Shown here in pieces: positions 24,270-38,270 of a stretch of 64,000 nucleotides of DNA. The DNA is from Vicugna vicugna. Lineage: Eukaryota. Position 1 is the stretch's first letter. Each line of letters opens with the position of its first letter. The notes under the pieces are model-generated. The model was given only the letters and a program-made list of their open reading frames with translations, was not told where the DNA came from and did no database searches. Made by a program: the position numbers and the translations under genes. The stretch covers positions 992,001-1,056,000 of the forward strand of contig MU058824.1 in the NCBI GenBank assembly GCA_013265495.1, given 5' to 3'.

Positions 24270-26219
24270 GCCTAGTATGATCCTTGTCTTAACTCCACCT
24301 GGGATGAAGAGAATAACAAATTTTTCTGACCTCTGAATGTTTTCTTTTAGCAACAAGTTTAATTAATTTTTGCAGACTTCCTAGGTGTGCAAACATCTCT
24401 TCCCCTTAAATGCAAAGACACATTTTGGCTGGAAACAAAACCTGGGGTTGGGCTCTTATTTTGGTTGGTGTATTAAACTCAGGGACCATAAAATTCACTT
24501 TTGCCTGGAGTAGCTGTTGCTAAATATGGTACTATTTTTTTTTATATTGAGCCTGTACAGGGTAACATTTTTCTTCTTCCATATGTTTTCTTTCCACATG
24601 GACTTCAAGAATTTCTAGTCACTAATTACCTGGGTACACCTTTATTTGGGTTTCTCTGTGCAGGTGTTGTTAAGTTGTTTCTACAATAATTCTTTGGGAA
24701 CTGTACAGTTATGAGAATTTTTCTTTGTTTTCTTCTTCTTTTCTTCCTACTTTCTTTTTCACTTCCTTCAAATTTACCTGTACCTTGGAGAACATTCCTC
24801 TTCTGCCAATCCTCTCTTGTCTTAAAGCCCAAATTATGGAATTTCTTGGGTCTGGCTAGCTTTACACTCTCATCTGCAAACCTATTTTCTATTTCATCCC
24901 ATTGGTTGGTAATGATTTCCAGTTTGCTGCTTATTGTTTATAATATCCTTTTTATAATTCTTTGAAGCTTGTGAGTATAAAGAAGGGTTGATTCAAAATC
25001 TTCCTGTTTCTACATTTCTGAGAAATGCTTTGTGAACCATTTCTTTTCTCTGTCTTTCCTGTCTGCTTCCATTTTATTCCGTCTTATAATAGTAATTACT
25101 AATAATACCATTTGAAGGTGTCCTCTTTCATTTAGTTGCCTTTTTTTCTTTCCTGAATTAATGTATTAACTAGTCTACTTTTTTTTTTCTTTAGAGGTTT
25201 GCTGGCCTTGTAACTCAGCAGCCCTCATGAGTCCTCCCCTACTTTGACTTTTAATAGAGTTCTATTTTTATAGGAGGAGACCCCACAAATTTGATTTAGG
25301 AGCAGCCTCACCTTTCTAAATGCAGACTGATAAAGTGGAATAATGTGATATGATACAGAGTCTGTCCAGAACTTGTGAGCAAAAAAATTCTGAGTTAGTT
25401 ATCTGAAAGTCAGTAAATAGGAGCTGCGTGTGATAAGGTGCAAAAGAGAAGCACTTGGCTATCAGAAGAAGTGTTTCCAGCTCATGAATAATCAAATCAA
25501 TAGGAAAATATTAATAACCAAGATAACCTGCAAACACAACAGACTCAGAGGTTTGGTGAGGTCTCATGATTCCTCCTTAAAACATGCCAAATGCGATTTT
25601 CACTGACTTCAAGAAACAGATACATGATCAGGAAACCTTTGAAAATGGGGAGCTTATTGGGAGGAGGTAGTAGCAACTCTGAGCTGATGCCTACCTATCC
25701 TGTCTGTCTGTCAGTCTATCTCTTCTGGGGTTTCTACTTTCTCTTCGTCTCTCCTATTCAACTGCCCTAGGCAGAGACAATCTTATAGGTCCAGACGATT
25801 GGCATCCAGAAGCAATTTGTCTGTTAGGCAGCCTTTAGCTCCAGCTGGTCCAATCCAAACAGCAGAATTTGTTCCACTCAAAGCATGAAGCTTTTATAAA
25901 CCATTTTTAAAAATTGCGAAAAGGCTACTTTACTTGGAAGGGAGCTGCATAATTGGCACCTTGGAGGCTGTGTAAGGGAAAAAGTAAGAGTATGAGCACC
26001 TAATAAAACAAACAAACAAACTAAAAGTTCTGGCTGAATTAGAAAGGAAACAGAAGAGACTTTTTTGGATTTTTCCTGTGACATTTTCTGCCATCTTTTG
26101 CCTCCATGCCTTCTGCTTTGATGCATGAGGTTGAATTAAAAAGTCAATATTTGAACATTTTTCCTTTACAAATATGGCTTTTTCACTAGCTTTCATTTAA
26201 TATCTATTACTTGAAATAC

Positions 26220-26518
26220 CACTGGCTTCCTCTGCCAATTTTTGTATCCAAATCCTACTTATCCTTTAAGGCCCAATCCAAATGCCAATTCACCATCATG
26301 AACCCCACCCTCCTTGGGTCTTCCAGCTGAAAGGAACCATGCTGCCCTCCCAAGTCTCTGAATATTAATTTAACATGACCCTAATCACTGCCTTCGTTGT
26401 ATTGTAGGTGTTCTCCTACATGGCTGATCTCAACTTCTAACCATGAACTTCATTTTTGAACCCACCTCCCCTTTTCCCCAATATCAACTAGCACCACATC
26501 TAGCAAAGAGTAAGGTCT
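26220..26518 (+). mobile_element. L2 LINE fragment interrupted by an LTR
   Basis: CCTACTTATCCTTTAAGGCCC...; its CAATAAATATTTG tail resumes at ~26980. Confidence 0.55.
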
Positions 26519-26974
26519 TGTGGCAGACAGAATAATGACTCATAGGTTACCTTGCTTGGCAAAAGGGAATTGAGGCTTCAGATGCAATTAAGGTTTCTGA
26601 TCAGGTGACCTTGAGATAGGGAGATCATCCAGGTGGGCTCAGCTTAATCACATGAGTCCTTAAAAGTGAAAGAAGAGCTGATCAGGGTGATGCAATGTGA
26701 GAAGGACTCAACCTGCCATGGCTAACTTTGAAAATGGAGGAAGGGGCTATGAGCCAAGAAATGCAGGCAGCCTGTAGAATCTGGAAAAGGCAAGGAAACA
26801 GATTCTTCTTCCCTTGAGAGTCCAGAAAGAACACAGCCCTGCCAATACCTTGATTTCTACCCGATGAGACCCCTGTCTGACTTCTGACCTACAGAGCCAT
26901 AAGATAATAAATTTGTGTTGCTTTAAGCCACAGTTTGTGATAATTTGTTACAACAACCATAGAAAATAAATACG
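26519..26974 (+). mobile_element. Solo MaLR LTR (MLT1D-like)
   Basis: TGTGGCAGACAGAATAATG...GACCTTGAGATAGGGAGAT...GGAAAAGGCAAGGAAACAGATTCT...AATAAATTTGTGTTGCTTTAAGCCAC. Confidence 0.9.
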
Positions 26975-29369
26975 AAGTGCAATAAATATTTGTGTAATTA
27001 GCCAACAGCAGTTATTTTTTATTTCTAAACAAGAATTAAATCAACTCAAATTTCACAGGATCTCACATTTAGAAGATTTTTATTTATGGAGATGAATAGG
27101 AATATAAATCTTCTTTCTTTTCATTAAAACACACATTCAAATTTTTTTTAATGTTTGAGAAAGGAGAAAGATCATTCACAGAGAAGATGCTGCTTTCATT
27201 TTTTTTCTTCTTTTCCATCCCTGATTATAGGCACGTACAATTTTACACTGAAATAATAGTGATAGCAGAAGTATAATTATTTATCTTTTACATTTAATAT
27301 TGTATAATAAATGTTTTTCTTAGTTCTGTGTAGTCCTCAAAATTGTCATTATAACCATTGCCTTATGTTTATTCAGTTGGGATACCAAAATTCACTTCTA
27401 TTCCTATTCAGGGATCATTGGGTTGTTTCAAGAATATCTCCTTACACTTAAAGAAAATACTAAAATTGATTTTTGTCTTCATTTAGCTTTTATTTCCTGC
27501 TGAGTTACTGCACAGCAGATTTCCGTAACTGAGATAACTGAGAGAAAGGGTCGGAGTGGTAGTCATGGTGCTTGATAGCTGTCACTGGGGTGTCACCAAG
27601 GAGAATGTACAGAATCTCCCATTTCACAACAGTCTTTGTCAGCATTTTGGAGTTTATCATAGTTGTTTTTATTTGCACTGCTTTGATTCCTAGACAGGAG
27701 TAACATTTATCCATTTGTTATATTTCATTAGTTCTGTTATTATTGAGCAAAATATGCTTACAGCCTTTGCTCATTTACCTGTTAGGGACTTGATGGTTTT
27801 CTAATAAATAACACTTTTAAAACACCCTTTAGAAAATGCAGTTCTTAACTTTCTGTCAAGTTTATATACATGTGTTTTTCATCTAGCCTGCTTTTTAATT
27901 TTAGCTATGAAGGTTTGTATTTGTTTGTTTGTATAATTTGAGGGGAAAATTCAACCAAACTAAAAACATCAACAACAAAATGAAACAACGTTTATGTTAT
28001 CTAAGTTCCATGAAGTAGACTAGGCAACTCAGAATAAATTTTTAAAAGTTTGGAGTATTGTGTGAATAACCTATCCATGGTGGCTTTAATTTTAATCTGT
28101 TAACTGATTATATAACATATAACATTAAGAGCAGTTTATTATTTGTGGCAAAATTTCTGTAGCTCGTTTAATTTTCCTTTATCTCCTGACAAAACTGTAA
28201 TTTGAAAATGAGCAAAAACTTAAAATTAAATCAATTCAAGAAAAACCAACCTCTACTTCTTCCTTAACATTTTTCTGATTATAAAAATAGTGTAAGTTTA
28301 TTTTATAAAAATTTAAAATGACAAGAAAGAATTTTAAAATAAACAAATTTCAACTCTGACTCATCATCTAGAAATAATTCCTGCTACACTAAGGCATATT
28401 CTCTTTCAGTCTTTTTGCCAACTAGGTGTGTGACTACATACAAATTTCCACAAATTTTTGATTATACGATTTTGGATCATACTATTTAATCACTCATTAT
28501 TTTTGGATGACATTTTTCCCATTTAATTAAATACTTTTGAACCAACTGTATCATTGAATAACATAATCTACATGTACTAATTGGGTTCTACCTTAGAAGC
28601 AGTTTGAACTGAAGTCTTGCAGGAAGTCCTGAAGGAAGTCTTCTCATCCGTTAGTAGAAGTATGAATCCAGTTTTTTTGCCCATGGTTCTGAGATCACAT
28701 ATGTGGAGCCTCCCGGGAGCAGCTGACAAGAGTCTTCTAATGGAGGACCAAAGGTCTCCCTGTGGCTACTCCATGTCACGCACCCCTGTCCACCTCCTGA
28801 AAGTCCACGCACATTGTGTTCCAAGGCACTGCTTATTTTTAGGAGATGTTTTCCTCTTGTTTCTGCAGCTGTTTTTAATCACAAGCTTTGGGCACTACAT
28901 CCCAAGGAAACCGTGGCAGAGACAAAGGTGTAAAGAAGGAAGAGAAAAGGCACTTACCAGAACCATCTTACACACCCTGTTGATGGAAAGGAAACAGCCA
29001 CTTCACATGTACTACTGTGCTGTGAACAGAAAAGCAGAGGAGGCAGGGCCAGAAAAACTTGATGTAAGTCCCCACATTGCCATTTAATTGCCAGCTGGGT
29101 AACCTGAGGGAAATCCCTTAACTGAACTTTAATCTCCCCCTCTGTATAAAAATAAATACACCACTAAATTATAAGGGTTAAGTGCTTATGGAAAACTGCT
29201 TTGTAAATTATAATGACCATTTCTGTACCTTGAGAATAGAGGGAGCAGGAATTTATTTGGCTTTTATTTTTTATTCATTGTACTTTTACAAATTATCAGC
29301 AACAAAATGAACCAACACATATATATCTGAAACTCTAAAAAGGAGATTAGATAATTCAGAAGGAATTGA

Positions 29370-29740
29370 AGCTTTGAGGAAAGCTACACTAGAAGCTGTA
29401 ACAAATCCCCAAATTCCATTGGCCCAGCACAATAAAAGTTTTGTAGCTCTTGGGAACATCCAGCACAGGGGTTGCTGGTTGGTAGGCAGTCTTCCAGGGA
29501 CCCGGGCTCCTTCCATGTTGTGGCTCTGTCCTTGTCCCCTGCATTCAGCCAGCAGATGAGGAAAATGAGAGGCGGGGAGAAGGCACATGTCTGCTTCTCA
29601 ACCGCCACAGCCAGAAAGTGACACCCATCAATTCCACTCACATTCCGTTGGCAAGAATGGATTTCATAGCACACTTCACCACAAAAGAAGCTGAGAAATG
29701 CAGCCTCGGTTTGGTGAGCAGCTTTGCAGCCTGCCACATA
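29370..29740 (-). mobile_element. Old MaLR LTR (MLT1J/K-like)
   Basis: CAGGGACCCGGGCTCCTTCCATGTTGTGGCTCTG...CACTCACATTCCGTTGGCAAGAA...GCTGAGAAATGCAG. Confidence 0.7.
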
Positions 29741-29907
29741 GATTAATATAATTAGTAGAAGGAAATAAATGCCAGGAATAGATGCTAGGATGGAGAATTA
29801 TCCTACTTGGGCTAAAACTGAATGATATAGTTTTCTTTGTGGAAGTATAGTCTTGTTAACAGCACACTGTTATATACTCTCATAAGTGGATATTATTATA
29901 GCATCCT

Positions 29908-30035
29908 TCTTTTTTTTTATTAAAGTGTAGTTGATGTACAATATTGTGTTAGTCTCAGGTGTACAGCATAGTGATTCAGTTTTTTTTCTGATTATATTCC
30001 ATTATATGTTATTATAATATATTGAGTATAATTCC
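29908..30035 (-). mobile_element. Short L1 3' tail (laurasiatherian type)
   Basis: Poly(T) then AAGTGTAGTTGATGTACAATATTGTGTTAGTCTCAGGTGTACAGCATAGTGATTC. Confidence 0.75.
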
Positions 30036-30069
30036 ATCCTAATATGGAAAAAAATTCCTAAGTCAGGCT

Positions 30070-31090
30070 GCTGGCTCAGATCCGGCCTCTGCCTCCAATA
30101 GCTGTGTGGCCTTAGGCATGTTATCTAGCCTCTCTGGGCTCCTGATTTCTTATCTGTAAGGAGGGAGTAAAGAGCTATAAAGCTCTTAGTATTGTGCCTG
30201 GAACACAGAGGGTGCCCCACACATATTAGTTCTGTGACCATCATCACCAAACCTTCCTCAGTCCACCTCACGTCATTCACCTATAACAACCCCTGCTTGA
30301 ATGTGCAGTTCAGAGAATTGGGCAAAGAATTTGTTATTCAAATAAATAACTTTTCCTGAGTGCACTAGCTGTGAAATCTGCCAGTGAGGATGTGCGAAGT
30401 GTGATTATTTTGATGATGGGAAATTGGAAAGAGAATGTTCTAAATCATGGCTTGCCAATCCTTTTCATAGTCAAATATAATATTAATAGATATCATTTAT
30501 TAAATACCCACTTCTGTGAAAAGTGCTAAACTGGGCTTTTGATAAATTCACTTTCATCTAATTCCCCATCAAGTAGGTGTTACTGACACCTGTTTTACAG
30601 AATGAACAGCAATAACAATGAAGATGAAGATCAGAGGTGCTTGTAATTTGCCCAAAGTCATACGGTTGATAAATGGCAGAGTCAGGATTTGAGTCCAGGT
30701 CTGCCCAGCTCCAGGTCTAGTCTCTGCCCAAGGGGCACGCTACTGCCCGTGTTCCTTTAACGGGGTTCTTTCCTGAATGTGGCAGGAAAGAATCACAGTA
30801 TTCTCATGACACTTCATTGTTTTCAAATTTCATGCTATCTTCTGATGCTCTCATATCACCCTGGGAAGTAAGCAGGGCAGATGTACTATCCACATTTGAC
30901 AGAGAGGAGAAACTAAGACTCAGGGACGCCTCCCTGTGTTGTGTGAGGGAGTCAGTAACAATAACAGCAAGCATGTCCTGAACACTAGCTATCTACATAG
31001 TGAGAAGTACTTTGTGTACATTTCTCATTGAGTGCCCTTGAAACTTCAAGAGGTGAGTGCCTTTATTATCCCCGTTTTGCACGTGCAGGA
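30070..31090. mobile_element. Cluster of about four MIR fragments (one plus, rest minus)
   Basis: MIR cores at ~30100-30160 (+), ~30590-30700, ~30890-30920 and ~31060-31090 (-). Confidence 0.7.
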
Positions 31091-31239
31091 ACTAGCACTT
31101 AAATATTAGAATCCTGTGCTAACCAACCAGCATACAATGAAGGAGACAAAATTAAAACCTGTTTCAAACCTGAGGAGACTGATAAATTCTGCCTACCATG
31201 CCCGCTGTCTGGAAGAAAAGAACAACAACAACAAAACCA

Positions 31240-31620
31240 CTCACCCATTCAGTAAGTATTTCCTGAGCATCTACTCTGTGATGTGTGGCAGGACCCAGGC
31301 AGACAATGGCCCTGCTCTCATGGAGTGACAGGTTAGTAGGAAAAGATAGATGATAAACAAGGAAACAAATTGGTTAACAATATACTTTCGGATAGAAATA
31401 GTGTTATTGAGGACATAGAACAGGTTAAAGGGGTAGAGGATGACAGGGGTTGGTAGACAAGGTGGTGATGTTTGGCCAGGTGCATCCAGCATCCAGCCAA
31501 GCAGACCTCTCCAGGAAGACATCCCAGTCTAAGCAAGCAGTGAGTGTATTGGCTTTGAGGTGTAACAAAACTTGATGTATTTGGAGAAGAGTAAGAAAGC
31601 TGGAATGACCATAGGTTATA
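31240..31620 (-). mobile_element. L2 LINE fragment
   Basis: CATTCAGTAAGTATTTCCTGAGCATCTACTCTGTG...CCCTGCTCTCATGGAG. Confidence 0.65.
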
Positions 31621-31659
31621 GCTAACAATACAGTAACACCAGAGCTGGGAACAAGGAGA

Positions 31660-33770
31660 CTCAAGAATGGAAATGCAAACATCCTAATTATAAATACTAA
31701 CAAATCAAATCCAGAGTATATTTTTAAAAAATATTTTGTCCAAAAAGAGCTTATCCACAAGGCAAAGGACAATTCAATAGTAGAGAAATTCATCCTGTAA
31801 TTCACCATGGAGATGACATAATAATAATTATCTCAATAAATATAAGAAGCATGCAATAAAATTTAACATTCAGAATGAACTTTTTAAATCTCAGGAAGTC
31901 AGGAATGGAATGTAAGTTCTCAGCATAAAAAAAGGCTATCTATCAGAAATCATCCACAGTGAAGTACTTAATGGTGAAATCTCAGAAGCATTCCCACTAA
32001 AGATAAGGGCAAGACAAGACCAGGTGCTGTCATTGACATTAGGCATTATTGCTCCAGAGGTCAAAAGACGAGGAAAAGAGAGACAAAGCTTAGAAAAAAA
32101 AACCAAAAACCTCACTGTTTGCAGGCAATATGATTGCCCACCTTAAAAAAAAAAAAAAAGCCCAGAGGATCAACTGAAAACTATTCGAATAGGAAAGTTC
32201 GAAAGTCTATGGATAGACATATCAACATACTTAAGCCAATAATTTTCCTGTATACTAGTACTAATCAAATAATAATTTTAAAGGATTCAATTTATAACAA
32301 AAAACATAAAATTCCTAGAAAACAAATACAATTTTTAAATGTGCAAGATCTATTTGAAGATAAAATAACATGAAAATCTAAATATCTGAAGTGATAAAGC
32401 TGGTTGGGAAAACAGTATTGAAAATATATTGATTTACCCCACATTTATCCATCAAAGCAATTCTAGTCTAAATTCAGCAGCATTTTTTATTCAAGTCTTA
32501 TCCTGCCAGATGTCAAAACATATGGTAAGCTATAGTAATTAAAACGGTCTAGTACTGGTGCAGGTATTGACAAATTGATCAATGGAACAGATTAGTAAAC
32601 CAAGAATTAAACCCAAGTATATGTGAAAATTAAGTATACAATAAAGGTGGTACCTCAAATTAGTAGACACACAATGGACTAATCCACATGTGAGATTGCG
32701 CCAATTATCTATTCATTTGGGGGGAAAATGAAATTCACTCCATCCATCCACAGAACCTTCAGATGAATTAAAGAACAAAACTTTTAAAATGTTAGAAGAA
32801 AAATATAGGTGAATTTTTTTAATGAATTTAGAATGTTAAGTCCTTCCTAAAAAAAAAAAGACAAAATGTAGAAACTATAAAATTTTTGTAGATTTAACCT
32901 AGTAAAATTTATAAAATTTTATAAGTCAAAATACACCATAAGTCAAGTTAAAAGACAAGCCAAGTTAAAGGCTAGGAGAAAATATTTATAACACACTTAA
33001 CAGGTAAAAGATTAATATTCAGAACACACAGAGTTTCTAACAAAAAGGAGAGAAAAAGACAACTCACCTGTAATATTTCATGAAAGAAATAGACAATTCA
33101 CAGAAAATTAATAATTCACCTAATAATCATGGAAAGTTGCATTAGTCATGGAAAAGAAAATCATTTGACAAAAAGTAAAAAAGTATAGATACCAAGTGTT
33201 GGCAAACATGAGAAGAAACAGACATTCTCATACACACTATACATGTAAACTGGTGAAGCCAATTGATGAAGGCTATTGAAAACATCTGTCAAAATCTCAA
33301 ATGCACACATCAATTGATCCAGCCATTCCACTCCTAGGACTCTTCCCAAAAGAAATACTTGTCTGTGTGTCCCACACAATTCATTGTACAAGTTTTTGTA
33401 CAAAGATCAGGTATATCCATCACAGTATTGTGTGCAGTAGTGGAAAAATAAAAGCCTAACTTATTATTAATAGACAGGGGAATAGTTAAATAAATTATGG
33501 TCTATCCATTCCTCAGAAAGCAGAGTGCATTAGAGATATGGCAATAGTAAGATCTCCACTTAGTGAAAAAAGCAAGCAGCTAAATGATCTGTGATTCATA
33601 CGCATATATGTATAAATGCACAAAAAGGGGAGAATCACATCCACACTTCCTCTGGGGGTGGGGAGGAGTGGGAAAACGGGAGTTTGCCTCTTTTTGTACA
33701 TAACATCTGTCTCCTTTAGATCTTTTACAAAAAGAATTGAATTATTGTATCATTTGAGGAATAAAGAACA
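31660..33770 (+). mobile_element. Ancient L1 (L1ME/MC-like) ORF2 3' half and 3' UTR, highly decayed
   Basis: Collinear L1 landmarks: GCATTCCCACTAAAG, CTGTTTGCAGGCAATATGATTG, GTACTGGTGCAGG..GATCAATGGAACAG, CCAAGTGTTGGCAA, CCATTCCACTCCTAGG. Confidence 0.85.
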
Positions 33771-34449
33771 TCTTGAAGCATGGGTTACCTTCCACCATTA
33801 TAACTGTGTAGCTGGAGGATGGGAGAAGACGAAAAGAGGGAGCAATGACTTGCAGATTCATATCTCAGGGGTTCAGGTACTTGGCCTTGAGATTCAAAAT
33901 AAGGGAAGAAAAGGAGGAAGGGGTACAAATCACCCAGAGAGGTCTCAGATGGAAGGGGACCCACCTTTTTGGTCACCACATATCCCCCTTGGTCCTGGGT
34001 GGATCTGCTTCAGGGCCAGTTGTCAATGAGCAGTCCCTCAAATGGCCAGCTCCCCTTCTGACTCATCTCAGACACCTCCAGTTCGTCATTCTCACAAGAG
34101 ACTTCAAGATGCTTTTCCTATCATTTATTACATTGGCTTGCACACTCCTTGTTATATATAACTCAAGGATTTAGACTAAGGTGTCTGATCAGGCTTTCTT
34201 GGGACAGATCTCTTCCTCCTGACTTACCACCCACACCTGCACACCACCCGACCCCCCGCTGCCCCAACCAACACAGCTGGGAAAAAAAATTTAACTTATA
34301 CTACAGTCTCAATACACGGCAGCTAATAATTCAGCCCTTAAATAATTACAAGCCTATGGGAATCAATACTTAAGACTCCAATAAAACTATGAATTGCAAC
34401 ATCACTGTTACCATTCTTAATTACTGAAATAATTACTGTGCATAATGTT

Positions 34450-34655
34450 TTGAAGTTATCAAGTACTTTCAATTTATTATTTAAATGATATTTACAATAA
34501 CCCAGTGAGTTATACAAGACAGATTATTTTCCCATTCCATAAGTAAGGAAATTGAGCCCAGAAAGGGAATGGGATTGCCCCAAATCCGATCACTAACAAG
34601 AGGCAGAGCCAAGACTTAATACAGGTTTTCTGATTCTAAAACATGTGCTCTTTCT
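34450..34655 (-). mobile_element. MIR SINE
   Basis: CCCATTCCATAAGTAAGGAAATTGAGCCCAG...GGCAGAGCCAAGAC. Confidence 0.65.
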
Positions 34656-35429
34656 ACATAAACCCAGCTCATTACAAAATAATACAAAATATCACATTTA
34701 CTCAAGCTCTAACCTGGTAAATTTAACCACCAGCCTTATCCCTAACCCAGAAATGAGGACTCCTAATGCCCTGGGCCCCTAGACCAGCACCCTTAGAGTC
34801 CTTGCCCTGGACCCAGCCCTTATTCCAGAGGCCCTCGCCTCAGTAAATCATTCCTAATCCAATTCAATGGGCTGCTCTGCCGCAGCAGACCAGAAATAGG
34901 GAACTGAGCGGTTGGTAGTGGGGGCAGTAGGAACCTTTGAGTCACAAGCTGTGCTGTTCTCTTTGTTTTTACTCAAACACGAATCTTTGTTCTACGATGC
35001 AAATTTTGAGAAGTTGATGCCAATCTGCTCTGAACAAAAGAATTTTGGTCTGAAAAAACAAAACTTGCAACGGGAAGTCTGGCTTTCCTAGTTGCGCTTT
35101 TGAGCATCTGCCTCTACCCACCACCCCCCTGTGTTGGGTCTCTCCCAAAGGTAGACACGAACTTTGAGGAAAACTTCTTGTGTTGCTTACCAGTTACAGA
35201 AGTCAAGGAGAGAACAGAGTGTTATATGTTTATATGTCAAGGTTTCTAAAATAAGCATCCTCATAATGCTTAAGAGGTTGAACCAGCTGACCCTAAAGGG
35301 CCCTCCCTCAACACCTCAAAGATCCTTGGTTTCAGTGGACATTTATCAAAGAGACCCGACCTTCTCCTTCTTCCAAATGGAATTTTCCATTGGCTTTATT
35401 GTCACAATATTGTATTAATGATGCTGTTT

Positions 35430-35850
35430 TAAATATATATATTTATTAAGCAAATAATTATTTAATTAAAGTGTGCTTTTTCCATGTTCTCTTCTAATAC
35501 TCAGCCATATACCAAAAAAAGTATAAATAGACCAAATTTTTATTCTGCTAACCTACACTGACTATCATAAGCATTTGTGCATGTTGATACACAGATTTTC
35601 TAATCATTTTAATAGTTAGACAATATTTCATTTACGGTTACATCTCAATTTACTTGATATCCTATTGTTGGACATTGAATTTGTTCATAATTTTATTGAA
35701 GTTATAAATAATGCCTTTTTGAGCATCTTTGTGCATAAGGCTCTTTTATCTTCTATTGAATGATTTACTTACTCTAAACTTCAAAAGGAGGGAAAGTATT
35801 GGATTGGAGGACATAGATATCTTTGTAATTCTTCCTAGATTTTGACAAAC
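35430..35850 (-). mobile_element. Ancient L1ME-like 3' fragment
   Basis: CCTATTGTTGGACATT...ATAAATAATGC...ATCTTTGTGCATA. Confidence 0.55.
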
Positions 35851-36269
35851 ATATTTAAAATTAAAGTCAATCCATTAACCTCAACATTGGACATTAATTT
35901 CAATTTTGCTGCTATTAATCACAACTATGTTAGTGGGGTTTTTTTTAAATATTTTTGTATTTTCTTTCTCAAATCCTTATTTAGTTTTATTTGCCTTAAA
36001 ACAGCCTTACTTATCTTTCTTACAATCACAGGGATGGGGCACTTTGAAACATTTAAAAGAAATGTATAGATATACATCTCATATTTTAATTTCAGATGAA
36101 AAAATAAATACTACATACCAGCTCATATGGAAAACATGAAATAAAGAAGTCAACCTATATCTGCCACTTTCAGTAATGGATTTTCCTCTTGAATCAAAGG
36201 AATTACTCTTTGTATCCAGATGCCTCCTTCACTGATTTCATGTGCCTGAAGGGAGTAAGTATGGCTATT

Positions 36270-36430
36270 TAAAAAAAAAAAATTCCCAAGGGCCATCTCA
36301 GCCCCATTGAATCAAAATCTCCAGGAAGGACCTAGGAATCTGTTTTGCGTGGATTGAGGTTCGGTTGAATCATAAATGTCTCCCAGGCCATACTTGTCAT
36401 CAGGGAAGTTTGAAAGCACCTGCTTTAGAG
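36270..36430. mobile_element. MER5A-like hAT-Charlie MITE
   Basis: TGAATCAAAATCTCCAGG..GGACCTAGGAATCTG...AAGTTTGAAAGCACCTGCTTTAG. Confidence 0.6.
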
Positions 36431-37039
36431 CTTAGGTCACAGCTGGCCTGGTGTAGGATGGGCAACAACGTGGCGAGAGAGACCATGGAGAGAGTTGCTA
36501 ACACAACTCTGAATAATAACATACAGCACTTACAACTTTGCAGGCAGAAGCAATTTTATAAACTATGCGGCAAGTAGGAAACTGTTTCTCTTCTTCCCCA
36601 AGACATTCATCTGGAGTGACTCTGAGAACCAGAGAGGGGTGCTTCATGAGAGTCTTTGGGGATCGATCCACACCAGAGAGCTCAGACTGAGCAGGGCAAA
36701 GGACTCTGGAGGAAAGGACAGGGTCCCTGGTTAGGGTTCCCAGGATGGTAGAGATTTGACGGGAGTGGCTGAAGGATGAGGGTGTTTTAAGAGAGGAGAA
36801 CAAGGAGGAGCAAAGTCAGGAAATGGGATCTGTTTACCTTCCCTTGAAGATGAGGAAGGCAGATGCTGAGCAAAAAGTAGATTCACCCCACTCTCAGCCT
36901 CTCACACCCCCTCCATCCTCCAGGGCTAAGAAGATAGCCCAATCATAACCCAGGCTCAGATTCTGCACACAGTGTTCATAGTACTTGACTTGATTAACAT
37001 TGTAATGTTAAAATTCTCCCACATGATTAAAAATTCTTT

Positions 37040-37885
37040 GAAAAGATCATTTTAAAGAATATCATTACCATATTTTACTTAAGTATTTCCCATGTTTGGA
37101 CTGTTAGATTACTTCTATTTTTCACTATTATACATGATGCTGTGATAAACCTCTTTATTTATATCATGACCCATAAACCCAATTTTTTTCCTTCTTTATT
37201 TAGGTAAACTTTTTTAAAAAACAAAATAAACCATATACATGGAAAAGTGCACAGCTTAAAAGTGTACAGCTTAATGACTTTTCACAAAGCAAGCACTCCA
37301 TAGAACCACCACCCAGCTCAAGAAACAGTATTGTCAGAACCCCTGTTGTGCCTCTGTGTAGTCACTACACCTCCCCCCAGGGTAACATTATCCAACCTTC
37401 AACACCAATAGATTGAATTTTGTATATTACATACATCTTGTGTATATATCACTTGTACATAAATTTGTATTTGAATTTTATATAAAATTCGAATATAAAA
37501 TTCACAGCTCTTGCATCTGGTTCCTTTTGCCTAATTTTACATTTGTGAGATTCATCCATGTTTTTGCTTGTAGCAATAGTTCATTCATCTCCATTTCTTT
37601 TCTTTTTTTTTCCTATTTCAAAAACTATTTTATTATCAGGCCAAGTTGGTAACACAGAGCATCTCCATTTCTTTTGTATTTTGTTCAGTATTTCTACTTC
37701 TTAGCAGGAGCGTTAGGCTGCTCCAAGCTATTCCATCTTAGCCAGAAGCTGAAGTCCACTTATTTCTTTTTCTTAAATTCTAAGTAGAATTCCTGGGCAA
37801 AAAAAGAAGCAAACATTTTTTTAGGCCATGGCATACTGCATTCTGCTAATTGCTTTCCATAAAAGCTGCAACAATTTACACTCAA
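37040..37885 (-). mobile_element. Nested old L1 3' fragments
   Basis: AAGTGTACAGCTTAATGACTTTTCACAAAG...ACCACCACCCAGCTCAAGAAACAG; GAGATTCATCCATGTT. Confidence 0.75.
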
Positions 37886-38019
37886 GAAGAAACATCAAAT
37901 TTTTTTGAGAGATGAGTGTCAGGAGTCATCCTAATAACAATTTTTAAATCCTAGTAATATTTTATAGTGTAAGTACTACATTAAAACTAATATATGTTAT
38001 CAACATTAAAATACTGATA

Positions 38020-38270
38020 ATCACATTTTATAAGGCCCTATGAGCTAATTTATTATTTAATTCTCATGGAACTCTGAGAGGTAAATTTTATTACTGTTCC
38101 ATGACCTATAAACCCAATTTTTTCCTTCTTTATTTAGGTGAACTCTTTTAAAAAACAAAATAAACCATACATTTTAAAGATGAGGAAACTGCGGTTCAGA
38201 AAAACTTAAGTGATGAGCTGAGTCACATGGTTAATGAACATCAGAGCACGGACTTGGGCCCAGGTTCTTT
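38020..38270 (-). mobile_element. MIR SINE carrying a ~70-bp internal insertion
   Basis: TTTAATTCTCA...TTATTACTGTTCC[insert]ATTTTAAAGATGAGGAAACTG. Confidence 0.75.
38100..38172 (+). repeat. Dispersed direct copy of 37165-37240
   Basis: CATGACC(C/T)ATAAACCCAATTTTTT(T)CCTTCTTTATTTAGGT(A/G)AACT..TTTTAAAAAACAAAATAAACCATA; about 5 differences. Confidence 0.9.
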
